DNA of 32,000 nt from an uncultured archaeon. GTDB lineage: Archaea > Asgardarchaeota > Thorarchaeia > Thorarchaeales > Thorarchaeaceae. Positions 17,324-25,996 of the stretch are shown one piece after another. Both the position numbers and the translations under genes were made by a program. Below the pieces are notes generated by a model. It made no database searches. It was not told where the DNA came from and was given only the letters and a program-made list of their open reading frames with translations. The stretch spans positions 30,001-62,000 of the forward strand of contig CAYHAA010000010.1 of the NCBI GenBank assembly GCA_964354495.1, read 5' to 3'. The stretch's first letter is position 1. Each line of letters starts with the position of its first letter.

Positions 17324-17468
17324 CAAATCATATTACTTCATCCATTTATCATGCTTGTGAGAGAAGCACGTCGCTTCAGAACTAAAAGAAATGGAAACGC
17401 TTCTGGTTTCTATACCCTAAGGGTCTACATAGGGAGCCACGACTTCTCTCATATTCTCCTCAAGATCA

Positions 17469-18791
17469 GTGCACGAGAGGCATTCTTTGATGACAACAGA
17501 ACATAGAGAACCCGAATTCCTTAGACTACTGTTCACAGACATACTAGGACACACAAGAAGCATAGAAGTTGGCTACGACAGACTGGAGGAGATTATTGAG
17601 TCCGGAATCGTAATCGATGGCTCTTCAGTTCCTGGTTACGCTTCAGTCAATGAAAGCGATGTTCTTCTCCGCCCAAGTCGCGCCACCCCACTCATACAAC
17701 CATGGGACACGGCAGCCGCTTTCCTTCCATGTAGAGTTCATCAGGTTACGGGTGCACTCCATCCCGGAGATCCTAATAGCATCCTCATGAAGACCGTCAA
17801 GAAGGCATCAGAACAGGGACTTACACTTATGGTTGGAAGTGAGCTTGAGTTTTTCACGGTCTCGAAACAAGTTGATAATGGATTCATTCCATCTGATCAT
17901 GGAGGATACTTTTCGTCGCTGCCGCTCGATGCTGCTCTCGATCTAAGACGCGACATCACGAGGGCGCTGAATGCCGTAGGGATTCGTACCACGTCGCACC
18001 ATCACGAGGTGGCAGAGGGCCAGCAGGAAATAGGCCTTCAGTATGCGCCTGCAGAAACAGCTGCTGATAGTATTATGCTAGCACGGCTCATCATATCAGA
18101 GATGACATTCAGAAGAGGATTGATTGCCACGTTCATGCCCAAACCGTTCGCTCACCAGAATGGTTCTGGGATGCATTTGCATCAAAGCATTTGGGACCTC
18201 GATGAGAAACAGAACCTCTTCTCATCAGAAAGAAGCGGGGAAATCTCGACGCTCGCCATGCATTATGTTGCAGGTCTTATCGAACATGCAGACAGTCTCA
18301 TTGCTATCCTTGCCCCAACCATCAATTCATACAAGAGATTGGTCCCCGGCTTTGAAGCTCCAACTCGTATTGCATGGGGATACATGAATAGAAGTACAAT
18401 GGTCCGTGTACCTCATTTCAACGGATCGCTCAGTGCCGCAAGGATTGAACTTCGGTGCCCTGATGCAACCTCCTCTCCGCATCTTGCTCTCGCAGTGATG
18501 CTTGCTGCAGGACTTGATGGGATAGAACGCGGGATAGAGCCACCTAGCCCAACGAGCAAGGACCTATACAAATCGAGTGCATTCACCAAGTCCCTGCCTA
18601 GTTCATTGCAGGTTGCTGCATCTATCCTGAATGAAAGTCACATTATGAGGGAAACTCTCGGAGACCCTGTTGTGGATTTTATTGTTTCACAACGAACACA
18701 GGAATGGAAGGACTATGCTGAAACAACTGGAGACCCTGGCAGCTCAGAGATAACTGCATGGGAGATCAATCGCTACTTATTGTCCAACTAG
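17469..18791 (+). CDS. glnA: Glutamine synthetase type I
   Basis: DGSSV, ESD, ELEFF, HHEVAEGQQEI, FMPKP...NGSGMHLHQS, KRLVPGFEAP, NRSTMVRVP and RIELRCPD. An ATG at 17490 is an alternative start. Confidence 0.88.
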   Translation: MHERHSLMTTEHREPEFLRLLFTDILGHTRSIEVGYDRLEEIIESGIVIDGSSVPGYASVNESDVLLRPSRATPLIQPWDTAAAFLPCRVHQVTGALHPGDPNSILMKTVKKASEQGLTLMVGSELEFFTVSKQVDNGFIPSDHGGYFSSLPLDAALDLRRDITRALNAVGIRTTSHHHEVAEGQQEIGLQYAPAETAADSIMLARLIISEMTFRRGLIATFMPKPFAHQNGSGMHLHQSIWDLDEKQNLFSSERSGEISTLAMHYVAGLIEHADSLIAILAPTINSYKRLVPGFEAPTRIAWGYMNRSTMVRVPHFNGSLSAARIELRCPDATSSPHLALAVMLAAGLDGIERGIEPPSPTSKDLYKSSAFTKSLPSSLQVAASILNESHIMRETLGDPVVDFIVSQRTQEWKDYAETTGDPGSSEITAWEINRYLLSN

Positions 18792-18867
18792 AATATGGAC
18801 GTGACCCATCATCCAAAAGACTTCTATCCGCCTTTCTGCATACAGATTTCTATTGGAGTAATGCAAT

Positions 18868-19290
18868 TTGGTAGCGTTTGAGAGTAAAGAACAACTGATG
18901 AAAGTCTTCAACAGGTTCTGGGAAGAAGCAAGGAAAGAAACAGAAGTCATGGATAAGCTTGCGAAATCGCAGGTCATTGTGAGATTCGATATTGAGGATC
19001 CGGAAGTACACCTGACCATCAACTTCAAAGATCCGGGTCCAAATGGAGAGATTGGAACGCTCTCCTTTGACAGCAGCGCAGAACCAGAGATCAAAGTCTG
19101 GTCAAAATCTGAAACAACCAATAAGTTCTGGCAGGACAAATTGAGTACAACGGTTGCAATGGCTAGAGGGCAAGTCAAACTTGAGGGCTCGGTGTCTAAG
19201 GCACTCGGTCTTCTATCCAAGATCAAGCCACTCTACAAGATATATCCCATAGTACTCAAGGAAATGGGTTACGAGAACATGATACTGTGA
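18868..19290 (+). CDS. Stand-alone SCP2 (sterol/lipid carrier) domain protein
   Basis: C-terminal pattern KFWQDKLSTTVAMARGQVKLEGSVSKALGL, typical of SCP2 domains. Confidence 0.82.
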   Translation: MVAFESKEQLMKVFNRFWEEARKETEVMDKLAKSQVIVRFDIEDPEVHLTINFKDPGPNGEIGTLSFDSSAEPEIKVWSKSETTNKFWQDKLSTTVAMARGQVKLEGSVSKALGLLSKIKPLYKIYPIVLKEMGYENMIL

Positions 19291-19425
19291 ATCAAGCTAG
19301 GCTCACTTTGACTGCCGGTTCCTGATGAAACAAGCACTTACAGAAAGCAAAGTATATTAGCAGATTCTGTGCACTCAGGGTTGTTAACCATAGTTATTAT
19401 TTATAATAGTTAATGGTGAGTCATA

Positions 19426-19650
19426 ATGTCACAGACAGTAAACAAAAACATGAGCATTGGCGAAGTAGTAATGAAATGGCCAGAGACCGCGGGAGCCTTC
19501 TTAGAGGCCGGTCTATACTGCTTTGGCTGTGCCGCGGCAAGATATGAAACAATCGAGCAGGGAGCCAGTGCGCACGGCATTGACCCTGACAAGCTCATTG
19601 AGGCGATCAACGAAATCATTGATGAGAAGGATAAAAACGCAAGCGAATAG
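19426..19650 (+). CDS. DUF1858-like small CxxC protein
   Basis: MSIGEVVMKWPETAGAFLEAGLYCFGC...ETIEQGASAHGIDPDKLIEAIN. Confidence 0.85.
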   Translation: MSQTVNKNMSIGEVVMKWPETAGAFLEAGLYCFGCAAARYETIEQGASAHGIDPDKLIEAINEIIDEKDKNASE

Positions 19651-19655
19651 ACCCA

Positions 19656-20507
19656 CTAGGCGGAGGGCTTGTTTCGCCCATATAGTCGCCCGGTTCCTTC
19701 TTCTGACATCTCAAAGCTATGCTCGGCATCTGGGAAGCTACCCTTTCGCACTTCGTCAGAGTACTCGTTGACCGCATTCCGAATCACTTCTCTGATACTA
19801 GCGTATTTCTTGACAAACTTAGGCTTGAAATCCTCAAATAGACCAAGCATGTCCCAGAGCACCAAGACCTGTCCGTCACAGTGATGCCCAGCTCCGATAC
19901 CTATTGTAGGAATACTGACAGCCTCAGTGATTCTCTTGGCCGTCTCTGTTGGCACCAGCTCGATTACTATTGAAAAGACGCCTGCTGCCTCAAGGCTTCG
20001 TGCTTCCTCTACAAGAACATCGGCCATCTCAGCAGTTCGACCCTGAACGCGATATCCACCAAGTTGAAAGATTGATTGTGGGGTCAGACCGATATGTCCC
20101 ATCACCGGAATCCCTGCATCCACAACAGTCCGTACAATGTCGGCGATACGACCAGAACCCTCAATCTTCACAGCCTCAGCTCCACCCTCTTGAAGCATGC
20201 GAGCACAGTTCTCCAGGGCCTGTTCCTCACTCACCTTGTAAGTCATAAATGGCATGTCACCAATGATTAGAGAATCTGGATGCGCCCTCGCAACTGCGGC
20301 ACAATGATGGATGATATCATCCAGGGTGACAGGAATTGTGCTCTCGTAGCCAAGCAGGGCGTTGCCTACCGAGTCGCCCACAAGAATCATATCAACACCG
20401 CATTCGCTGAGGATGGATGCTGTAGGTGCATCATAGGCAGTCAGCATGACAATCTTCTTGCCCTTCTCTTTCAACTGGCGAATTTTGTGAGTTGTCATTC
20501 GAGTCAA
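19656..20507 (-). CDS. panB: 3-methyl-2-oxobutanoate hydroxymethyltransferase
   Basis: MLTAYD, LVGDS, GDMPFMTY, AVKIEG, GHIGLTPQS, IGIGAG and DGQVLV. Confidence 0.96.
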   Translation of the reverse strand: MTRMTTHKIRQLKEKGKKIVMLTAYDAPTASILSECGVDMILVGDSVGNALLGYESTIPVTLDDIIHHCAAVARAHPDSLIIGDMPFMTYKVSEEQALENCARMLQEGGAEAVKIEGSGRIADIVRTVVDAGIPVMGHIGLTPQSIFQLGGYRVQGRTAEMADVLVEEARSLEAAGVFSIVIELVPTETAKRITEAVSIPTIGIGAGHHCDGQVLVLWDMLGLFEDFKPKFVKKYASIREVIRNAVNEYSDEVRKGSFPDAEHSFEMSEEGTGRLYGRNKPSA

Positions 20508-20594
20508 TATTTGACCCCGCAGATTGATTGTTCCGATTGTTTATTTATGTAGTTCCCATAGCAGATGTGTATTGTATATACATTATGCATGACA

Positions 20595-23558
20595 CTACAG
20601 ATCAATGCCCTTCTTCCTGAATCGCTGTTTGCAAATCTCCACACCAAGAATGGTTGGCAATGAAAGAAGCACACAGATCAGCCAATCATAGAGTGTGAGA
20701 GGTATGATATAGAAATTCAGTCCTACAGAGGAGAGAATCTCATTGACTACAGGGACATACATTAGCAGCAGATGTGCCAGATAGATGAGACCGAGAAATA
20801 TCGCAAAGATCCATGTACCAGGTTCACGAATGCTCTTGTGCAGTGGGAGATTGATACGTCGAATGAGAAGCACCATCACGCTCTCGACAATTAGGATAAC
20901 CGAGAGAAGCATACTAGTCGACTTGAGAAGAACCCATATTGGACCGCCACCATCGTAGAATGGATTGGCAGTGTCGGTGACAGGAGGTACGTAGGTTTCC
21001 CAGAAGCCAGAATTGTTCTCAGGAGTGACTTGAACAATGCCCAAGTATCCGGTGAATGTCAGGAAGTAGACAATGACAGCGCCAATGACCATGAGGAGGA
21101 TATTGACACCCATCACCTTGCCCAGATTTCGCGTGATAATCTCCTCACTGTCCCGAGGTTTCTCCTCCATGGCTCTTGGAGATGTACGGTCAAAAACAAG
21201 GGCCAAGCCTGGGAACGAATGAGTTGTGACAACGAGATAGATACTCTGCCACATGCTGAGAATCTCAATGTAATCAGGCATGATGAAGAGAGCACCAAAG
21301 AAGATGAAGCTCTCAAAGAGATTGATGGCCACATAGAAGTAAATCATCATACGAATCTTGTTGAAGAGACCTCTTCCTTGATGTACTCCGGTGACAATCG
21401 ATGCAAAACTATCATCAGTGATAACTATGTCCGCTGCTTCCTTCGCCACATCGGTACCCGTGATACCCATCGCGATTCCAGCGTCACTCATGGCCAGCGC
21501 AAGGGCGTCATTGACACCATCTCCTGTCATCGCGACAACTTTGTTCTGCTCTTGGTACCGCTCGACGATGATCTGCTTATGGTCGGGATTCACTCGTGCA
21601 AAGACATTGGTTCTGATGAAGTCGGCATCGCTGATGTCATGGATAGTGCTGCCTTCGGCCACAAGTGAATTCTGTTGATACACTCCAAGGTCTGTAGCGA
21701 TGGTCTTGGCTGTTGCAGCGGCATCACCTGTAATCATGACGACATTGATGCCTGCGCTGTGACATGCCTTGACTGCCTCTTTGACGCCATCTCGTGGCGG
21801 ATCAACAATGCAGGCAAAACCGAGATAGGTCAGGCCTCTCTCTGTGACTTGCCTCGCATTCTTTCCAGTTGGCACAGCATCCATTTGTTTGTAGGCCAGG
21901 GAAATTACCCTGTATCCTTTGCTGGCAAAGCCCTCGGCCAGACTGGCAACACGCTGAAGAAGCCCGCGGGTCATTCTAGAGGGGCTGTCTCTTCCATTCG
22001 AATACTCGCAGAGTGGCATGAGAACTTCAGTCGCACCCTTGACAAAGGCGACGAATGTGTCACCATCTTGACAGATCTTGGACATTCTCTTCAACTCAGA
22101 CTCGAAGGGGAACTCCTCAACAATCTTGTAACGTTTCTTGACAGCGGCCTCATCAATTCCACTCTTTCGGAATAGTGTTAAGAGGGCAGCATCAGTAGGA
22201 TCGCCTAATGGAGTCCACACAGTCCCCTGATCTGGAAGCTCCTCTTTGATGATCTCTGCATCATTAGCAAGACCACCGCAGTTGACCAGTCTGAATAGTC
22301 CTTTCCAAGCAAAGACGTCGTCTACTGGCTCTTCCTCTGTGTTAGCCACATTTGCATTGGTCGCACCCTTCAAGAGGTACACGCCACCAGAGGGGTCATA
22401 GCCATCACCTCTGACCGAGAAGAGGTTCTGGGTGTCCCAGCAGTACTTGACTGTCATCTGGTTTCGAGTCATTGTTCCAGTCTTATCACTACAGATGACG
22501 CTGACTCGACCCAAGCTCTCAACTGCTGACAGGTCTCGAATGATGACACCCCTCTTTGCCATTGCAAGCACACCCGTAAGCAGCACTATGGTTGTCAAGA
22601 GAGGTATATTGATTGGCATTATAGTCATTGCCCGAGTAATACCTGCACCTACCCGTTCTGATAGATACTGGATGCTGAAGTTGAGCGGATCACCCCTCAA
22701 GATGGGATAGACAAAGACCTGCCAGATGAATGAAATCGCCATAAGAATAATCGCAGCAATTCCCAAGTACTTTGCAAGTCTGTTGACCTTTCTTCTAAGT
22801 GGAATGTCTCCCGTATTCAATGCTTCTAGGGTTCCCTGAATCTTACCGATCTCCGTTCGTGGGCCTGTTGCAGTGGTGACAACGGTAGCCATTCCTGTCG
22901 CAACATATGTTCCGAAGAAGACCATGTTCAGTCGGTCTGTGAGAGGGGAGTCCTTCTGGACATGAGCATCCTCACTCTTGATTACTGGTACACTCTCGCC
23001 AGTTAGTGATGCCTCGTTGGTCATCAGATTTGACGATGTCACTAGCCGAGCGTCGGCAGGTATCCTATCGCCCTGTTCCAGTTTCACAATATCGCCCAAG
23101 ACAATGTCCAAGGGTGAAATGCTACATTCTTTGCCATCCCGAATGACTCGCGCTTCACCAGCCGATAACTTCTCTAGAGCCTCGAGCTTCTTTTGTGCAC
23201 GAAACTGCTGAACCATGGCGACTATGGCATTCACCGCAACTACCGCAAGCCAAACAGTCGCACCACCTATCGTATTGAAGTCAGATGGGAAGAGGAAGGC
23301 GATGGTGATCAGAGCAAAAGAGCTTATGATATAGATTGTAATGAGCCAATTCAGAATTGGAGCAATGTAGACCTGCCAAAATGCACCCTTGTAACGAGGA
23401 ATAGTATTGGGACCAGATTCCTCAAGTCGTTTCTTCGCCTCGTCTTTTGATAGACCAAGCGATGCATCAACTCGGAGGGATTTGAAGACATCTTCAAGAG
23501 GCGTTGAATGGTGCATTACGACTGTGCTATCTTCTGTGATGGCATCATCTGTTGACAA
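20595..23558 (-). CDS. P-type ATPase with a P2-like scaffold and non-canonical transport site
   Basis: TGES, DKTGT, KGATE, DPPR, TGD and GDGVND are all intact, with 10 TM segments. TM4 reads PINIP and TM6 reads VVTTHSFP. The TTG start is preceded by GAGGT. Confidence 0.93.
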   Translation of the reverse strand: MSTDDAITEDSTVVMHHSTPLEDVFKSLRVDASLGLSKDEAKKRLEESGPNTIPRYKGAFWQVYIAPILNWLITIYIISSFALITIAFLFPSDFNTIGGATVWLAVVAVNAIVAMVQQFRAQKKLEALEKLSAGEARVIRDGKECSISPLDIVLGDIVKLEQGDRIPADARLVTSSNLMTNEASLTGESVPVIKSEDAHVQKDSPLTDRLNMVFFGTYVATGMATVVTTATGPRTEIGKIQGTLEALNTGDIPLRRKVNRLAKYLGIAAIILMAISFIWQVFVYPILRGDPLNFSIQYLSERVGAGITRAMTIMPINIPLLTTIVLLTGVLAMAKRGVIIRDLSAVESLGRVSVICSDKTGTMTRNQMTVKYCWDTQNLFSVRGDGYDPSGGVYLLKGATNANVANTEEEPVDDVFAWKGLFRLVNCGGLANDAEIIKEELPDQGTVWTPLGDPTDAALLTLFRKSGIDEAAVKKRYKIVEEFPFESELKRMSKICQDGDTFVAFVKGATEVLMPLCEYSNGRDSPSRMTRGLLQRVASLAEGFASKGYRVISLAYKQMDAVPTGKNARQVTERGLTYLGFACIVDPPRDGVKEAVKACHSAGINVVMITGDAAATAKTIATDLGVYQQNSLVAEGSTIHDISDADFIRTNVFARVNPDHKQIIVERYQEQNKVVAMTGDGVNDALALAMSDAGIAMGITGTDVAKEAADIVITDDSFASIVTGVHQGRGLFNKIRMMIYFYVAINLFESFIFFGALFIMPDYIEILSMWQSIYLVVTTHSFPGLALVFDRTSPRAMEEKPRDSEEIITRNLGKVMGVNILLMVIGAVIVYFLTFTGYLGIVQVTPENNSGFWETYVPPVTDTANPFYDGGGPIWVLLKSTSMLLSVILIVESVMVLLIRRINLPLHKSIREPGTWIFAIFLGLIYLAHLLLMYVPVVNEILSSVGLNFYIIPLTLYDWLICVLLSLPTILGVEICKQRFRKKGIDL

Positions 23559-23756
23559 AACCTGTACCTCTGAAGATGTATCTGTGATGTTGTCTGAGTA
23601 GATAAAGCAAACTCGACTGGTCCTAGTTCATCTTCCAAGGGTGAAAGGTAAGAAGCAACCTTTTGAAGTTTTTCAGTATTGGGCTACTATACCTACGTCG
23701 ATAGGTTCATGTGTTCAGAAGACGAACCAGAGATGCCGCACACGGTCTAATACTGA

Positions 23757-25739
23757 TTGGTGTACACTATGAATTACTACTGGGAGCCTGCACGCATTCA
23801 AAGAAGATCCAGAACAAATGGAACGAAGCTCATTGCGCTTGTCATTATTCTCATGGTCGTGGTATCCGCGGGGCTAGCGCTGCTAGGGAACATCAATCCC
23901 AACAGTATAGGCCCCACTGAAGCTGTGAGAGTTGCAGTATTGGACTCGGGTGTTGACATAGACTTCACTCTACAAGGGAGGATTGCTGCTCAACAGAGCT
24001 TCATTACAGTCGAAAATGGGTATAGCGCGACGGATACATCAGTGAGTGATGCAAAGCCGGATGATGTTCCTCATGGTACATTGATTGCTAAACAGATTGC
24101 ACAGGCCGAGAACGCTCTCATCATCAACGGCAAAATCCTTGACTATGAAGGCAGCGCAACGACAATGGGGCTGGTAGATGCAATTCACTGGGCAGTCGAG
24201 CAGAATGCAAGCGTCATCAATCTCAGTCTTGGTGGTTCGCCCACTTTTGGCGACCTGACAGAGGCAGCAATCGATTGGGCATTCTCGCAGGGGGTCGTCG
24301 TCGTCGTTTCAGCGGGGAATTCTGGTGACTACGGAGTGCCGGGTACATGTATAGAGTCGCCAGCAGTCTACATGAGATGCCTAGCTGTTGGCGCCTTGAC
24401 AGCTAATAACGAGCCTGCATATTTCACCTCCACTGGACCTGCAAGGGAGCTCTACATGAAACCGGACATCAGTGCTCTGGGCTACACAACGGATGGTGAT
24501 GGAACGCAGTATTGGGGGACAAGCTTTGCAGCTCCAAGGGTCTCTGCGGCTGCGGCACAATTGATTGGTTACTCTATGGCGAATAACATAACATGGTCAC
24601 CTGGGTCTATCATGGCAGCCCTGATGAGAGGAGCTGAAGTCCTGACTAGTTATCAACCGTATGAAGTAGGTGCAGGCAAACTGGACCTTCAGGGTTCCTT
24701 GACCCTCATTCAACAGCTATCATCAGCCGACGAACTGCCTGCAATCAGCTATGCATTTCCAGGAATGATACCCATAGACTATGAGCGGCTCTTTCAGGGA
24801 GATACATACAACTTCAATATTCGGCTCTTTACTGGAGGCGCGACTGTGTTCTCCACATATGTAGGCGCCGATAATTCGTCACTATTCGTTATCGACGACG
24901 AAATCATGGTGGACCAGATTGCCTCTGTTCCAATCTCTGTAATTGTTCCGAGTTCTGGCGTAAGCGATGTGATAGGCACAATCTCATTCACTTCGGAGGA
25001 CTTTGGAGATACCAGTGTTTTCATCTCATTCCCAGTTGGCACTCCTGTTGCCAGAGTCGCCTTTGACATCTCACATTCCACTTGGGACATAGACTCGATC
25101 TATGGGCAGTTCAGGGAGTTCTACAAGGAGTTGGTCGGCAATGATATATCAGTCACTGAGATTCGTAACAGCACTGCCACGACTCTAGACATTCTCCAGC
25201 AGTATGATGCGGTCGTTCTTCTTGATCCCTGTGTCTACACATCGAACGAGACTGATCCAGGGAATGTAACATTATTCTCCATTCCATTCTCAGAGGTCGA
25301 GAGGAATGCCTACGAAGACTACTACAATGCTGGTGGAGGGCTATTCATCGTAGCCTTGTCAGAATCGAGCCTCAATTTGTCAGCCTTGAATGATTTCCTC
25401 TCATGGACTGGATTCTCGTTGACGTCAATGGAAGTGCCCCTTGGAAACACGCCCGCACTCATAGATGAGATTAATGTTCATATCATCACATCTGGAGTGG
25501 ATGCCTTCCACTATCTGGGAGCAACCATCGAGATACCTGCGGATGGACACACACTTGCATTCTATGGAGGTATGCCCATAATGGGATACAAGGAGGGCGC
25601 TGGTGGTGGAAAAATCGTGGTGACAGGGAGCAACTTCATGCTCGATAACTGGGGGCTCCTCGGTCGGTACACAGGATCAAATGATAATACTCTCTTGGCA
25701 CGACGGATTGTTCTCTGGTGTGCAGATCAACTCGCATAG
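23757..25739 (+). CDS. S8 subtilase with an N-terminal TM anchor and a C-terminal site-1-protease-like/GATase-like domain
   Basis: Catalytic triad VAVLDSG, HGTLIA and GTSFAAP, with oxyanion SAGN. The C-terminal domain begins RVAFDISH. An ATG at 23769 is the likelier start. Confidence 0.88.
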   Translation: MVYTMNYYWEPARIQRRSRTNGTKLIALVIILMVVVSAGLALLGNINPNSIGPTEAVRVAVLDSGVDIDFTLQGRIAAQQSFITVENGYSATDTSVSDAKPDDVPHGTLIAKQIAQAENALIINGKILDYEGSATTMGLVDAIHWAVEQNASVINLSLGGSPTFGDLTEAAIDWAFSQGVVVVVSAGNSGDYGVPGTCIESPAVYMRCLAVGALTANNEPAYFTSTGPARELYMKPDISALGYTTDGDGTQYWGTSFAAPRVSAAAAQLIGYSMANNITWSPGSIMAALMRGAEVLTSYQPYEVGAGKLDLQGSLTLIQQLSSADELPAISYAFPGMIPIDYERLFQGDTYNFNIRLFTGGATVFSTYVGADNSSLFVIDDEIMVDQIASVPISVIVPSSGVSDVIGTISFTSEDFGDTSVFISFPVGTPVARVAFDISHSTWDIDSIYGQFREFYKELVGNDISVTEIRNSTATTLDILQQYDAVVLLDPCVYTSNETDPGNVTLFSIPFSEVERNAYEDYYNAGGGLFIVALSESSLNLSALNDFLSWTGFSLTSMEVPLGNTPALIDEINVHIITSGVDAFHYLGATIEIPADGHTLAFYGGMPIMGYKEGAGGGKIVVTGSNFMLDNWGLLGRYTGSNDNTLLARRIVLWCADQLA

Positions 25740-25996
25740 ACTCAAGGTGTATTCTCAAACACTTTGATTGCGTTGAAACTCGCGCTTTAAATGCAGTAGA
25801 GCATCATCCATAACCGCTAACAACCTTTCCGAGTCGAAATCGGACATGCTGGCAACGGCGGTCTTTTTTCCGGAGCTGCCAGCCCACCAATTCCCTCTTT
25901 TTTCAGAACATATGAGGGCGATTACGTGTTACTATCAGCATGTTTAATTCAAGGTGACTTTGCCAGACAGACAAATCTGAGGACGTGACGTTCTGA

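Noticed and set aside
17469-18791. GS-like gamma-glutamyl-amine ligase rather than true GS
   Set aside because: The ammonium-site ESD and the flap Glu (GFEAP) are retained, whereas PuuA-like enzymes typically alter the flap residue.
19322-19347. CTGATGA...GAAA hammerhead or C-box-like motif
   Set aside because: I found no convincing stem II or stems I/III, and no matching D box geometry.
20595-23558. Calling the ATPase a bona fide P4 flippase or a standard Ca2+ pump
   Set aside because: TGES and the P2-like cytosolic motifs argue against P4, and loss of the E309/N796/D800 equivalents argues against a Ca2+ pump.
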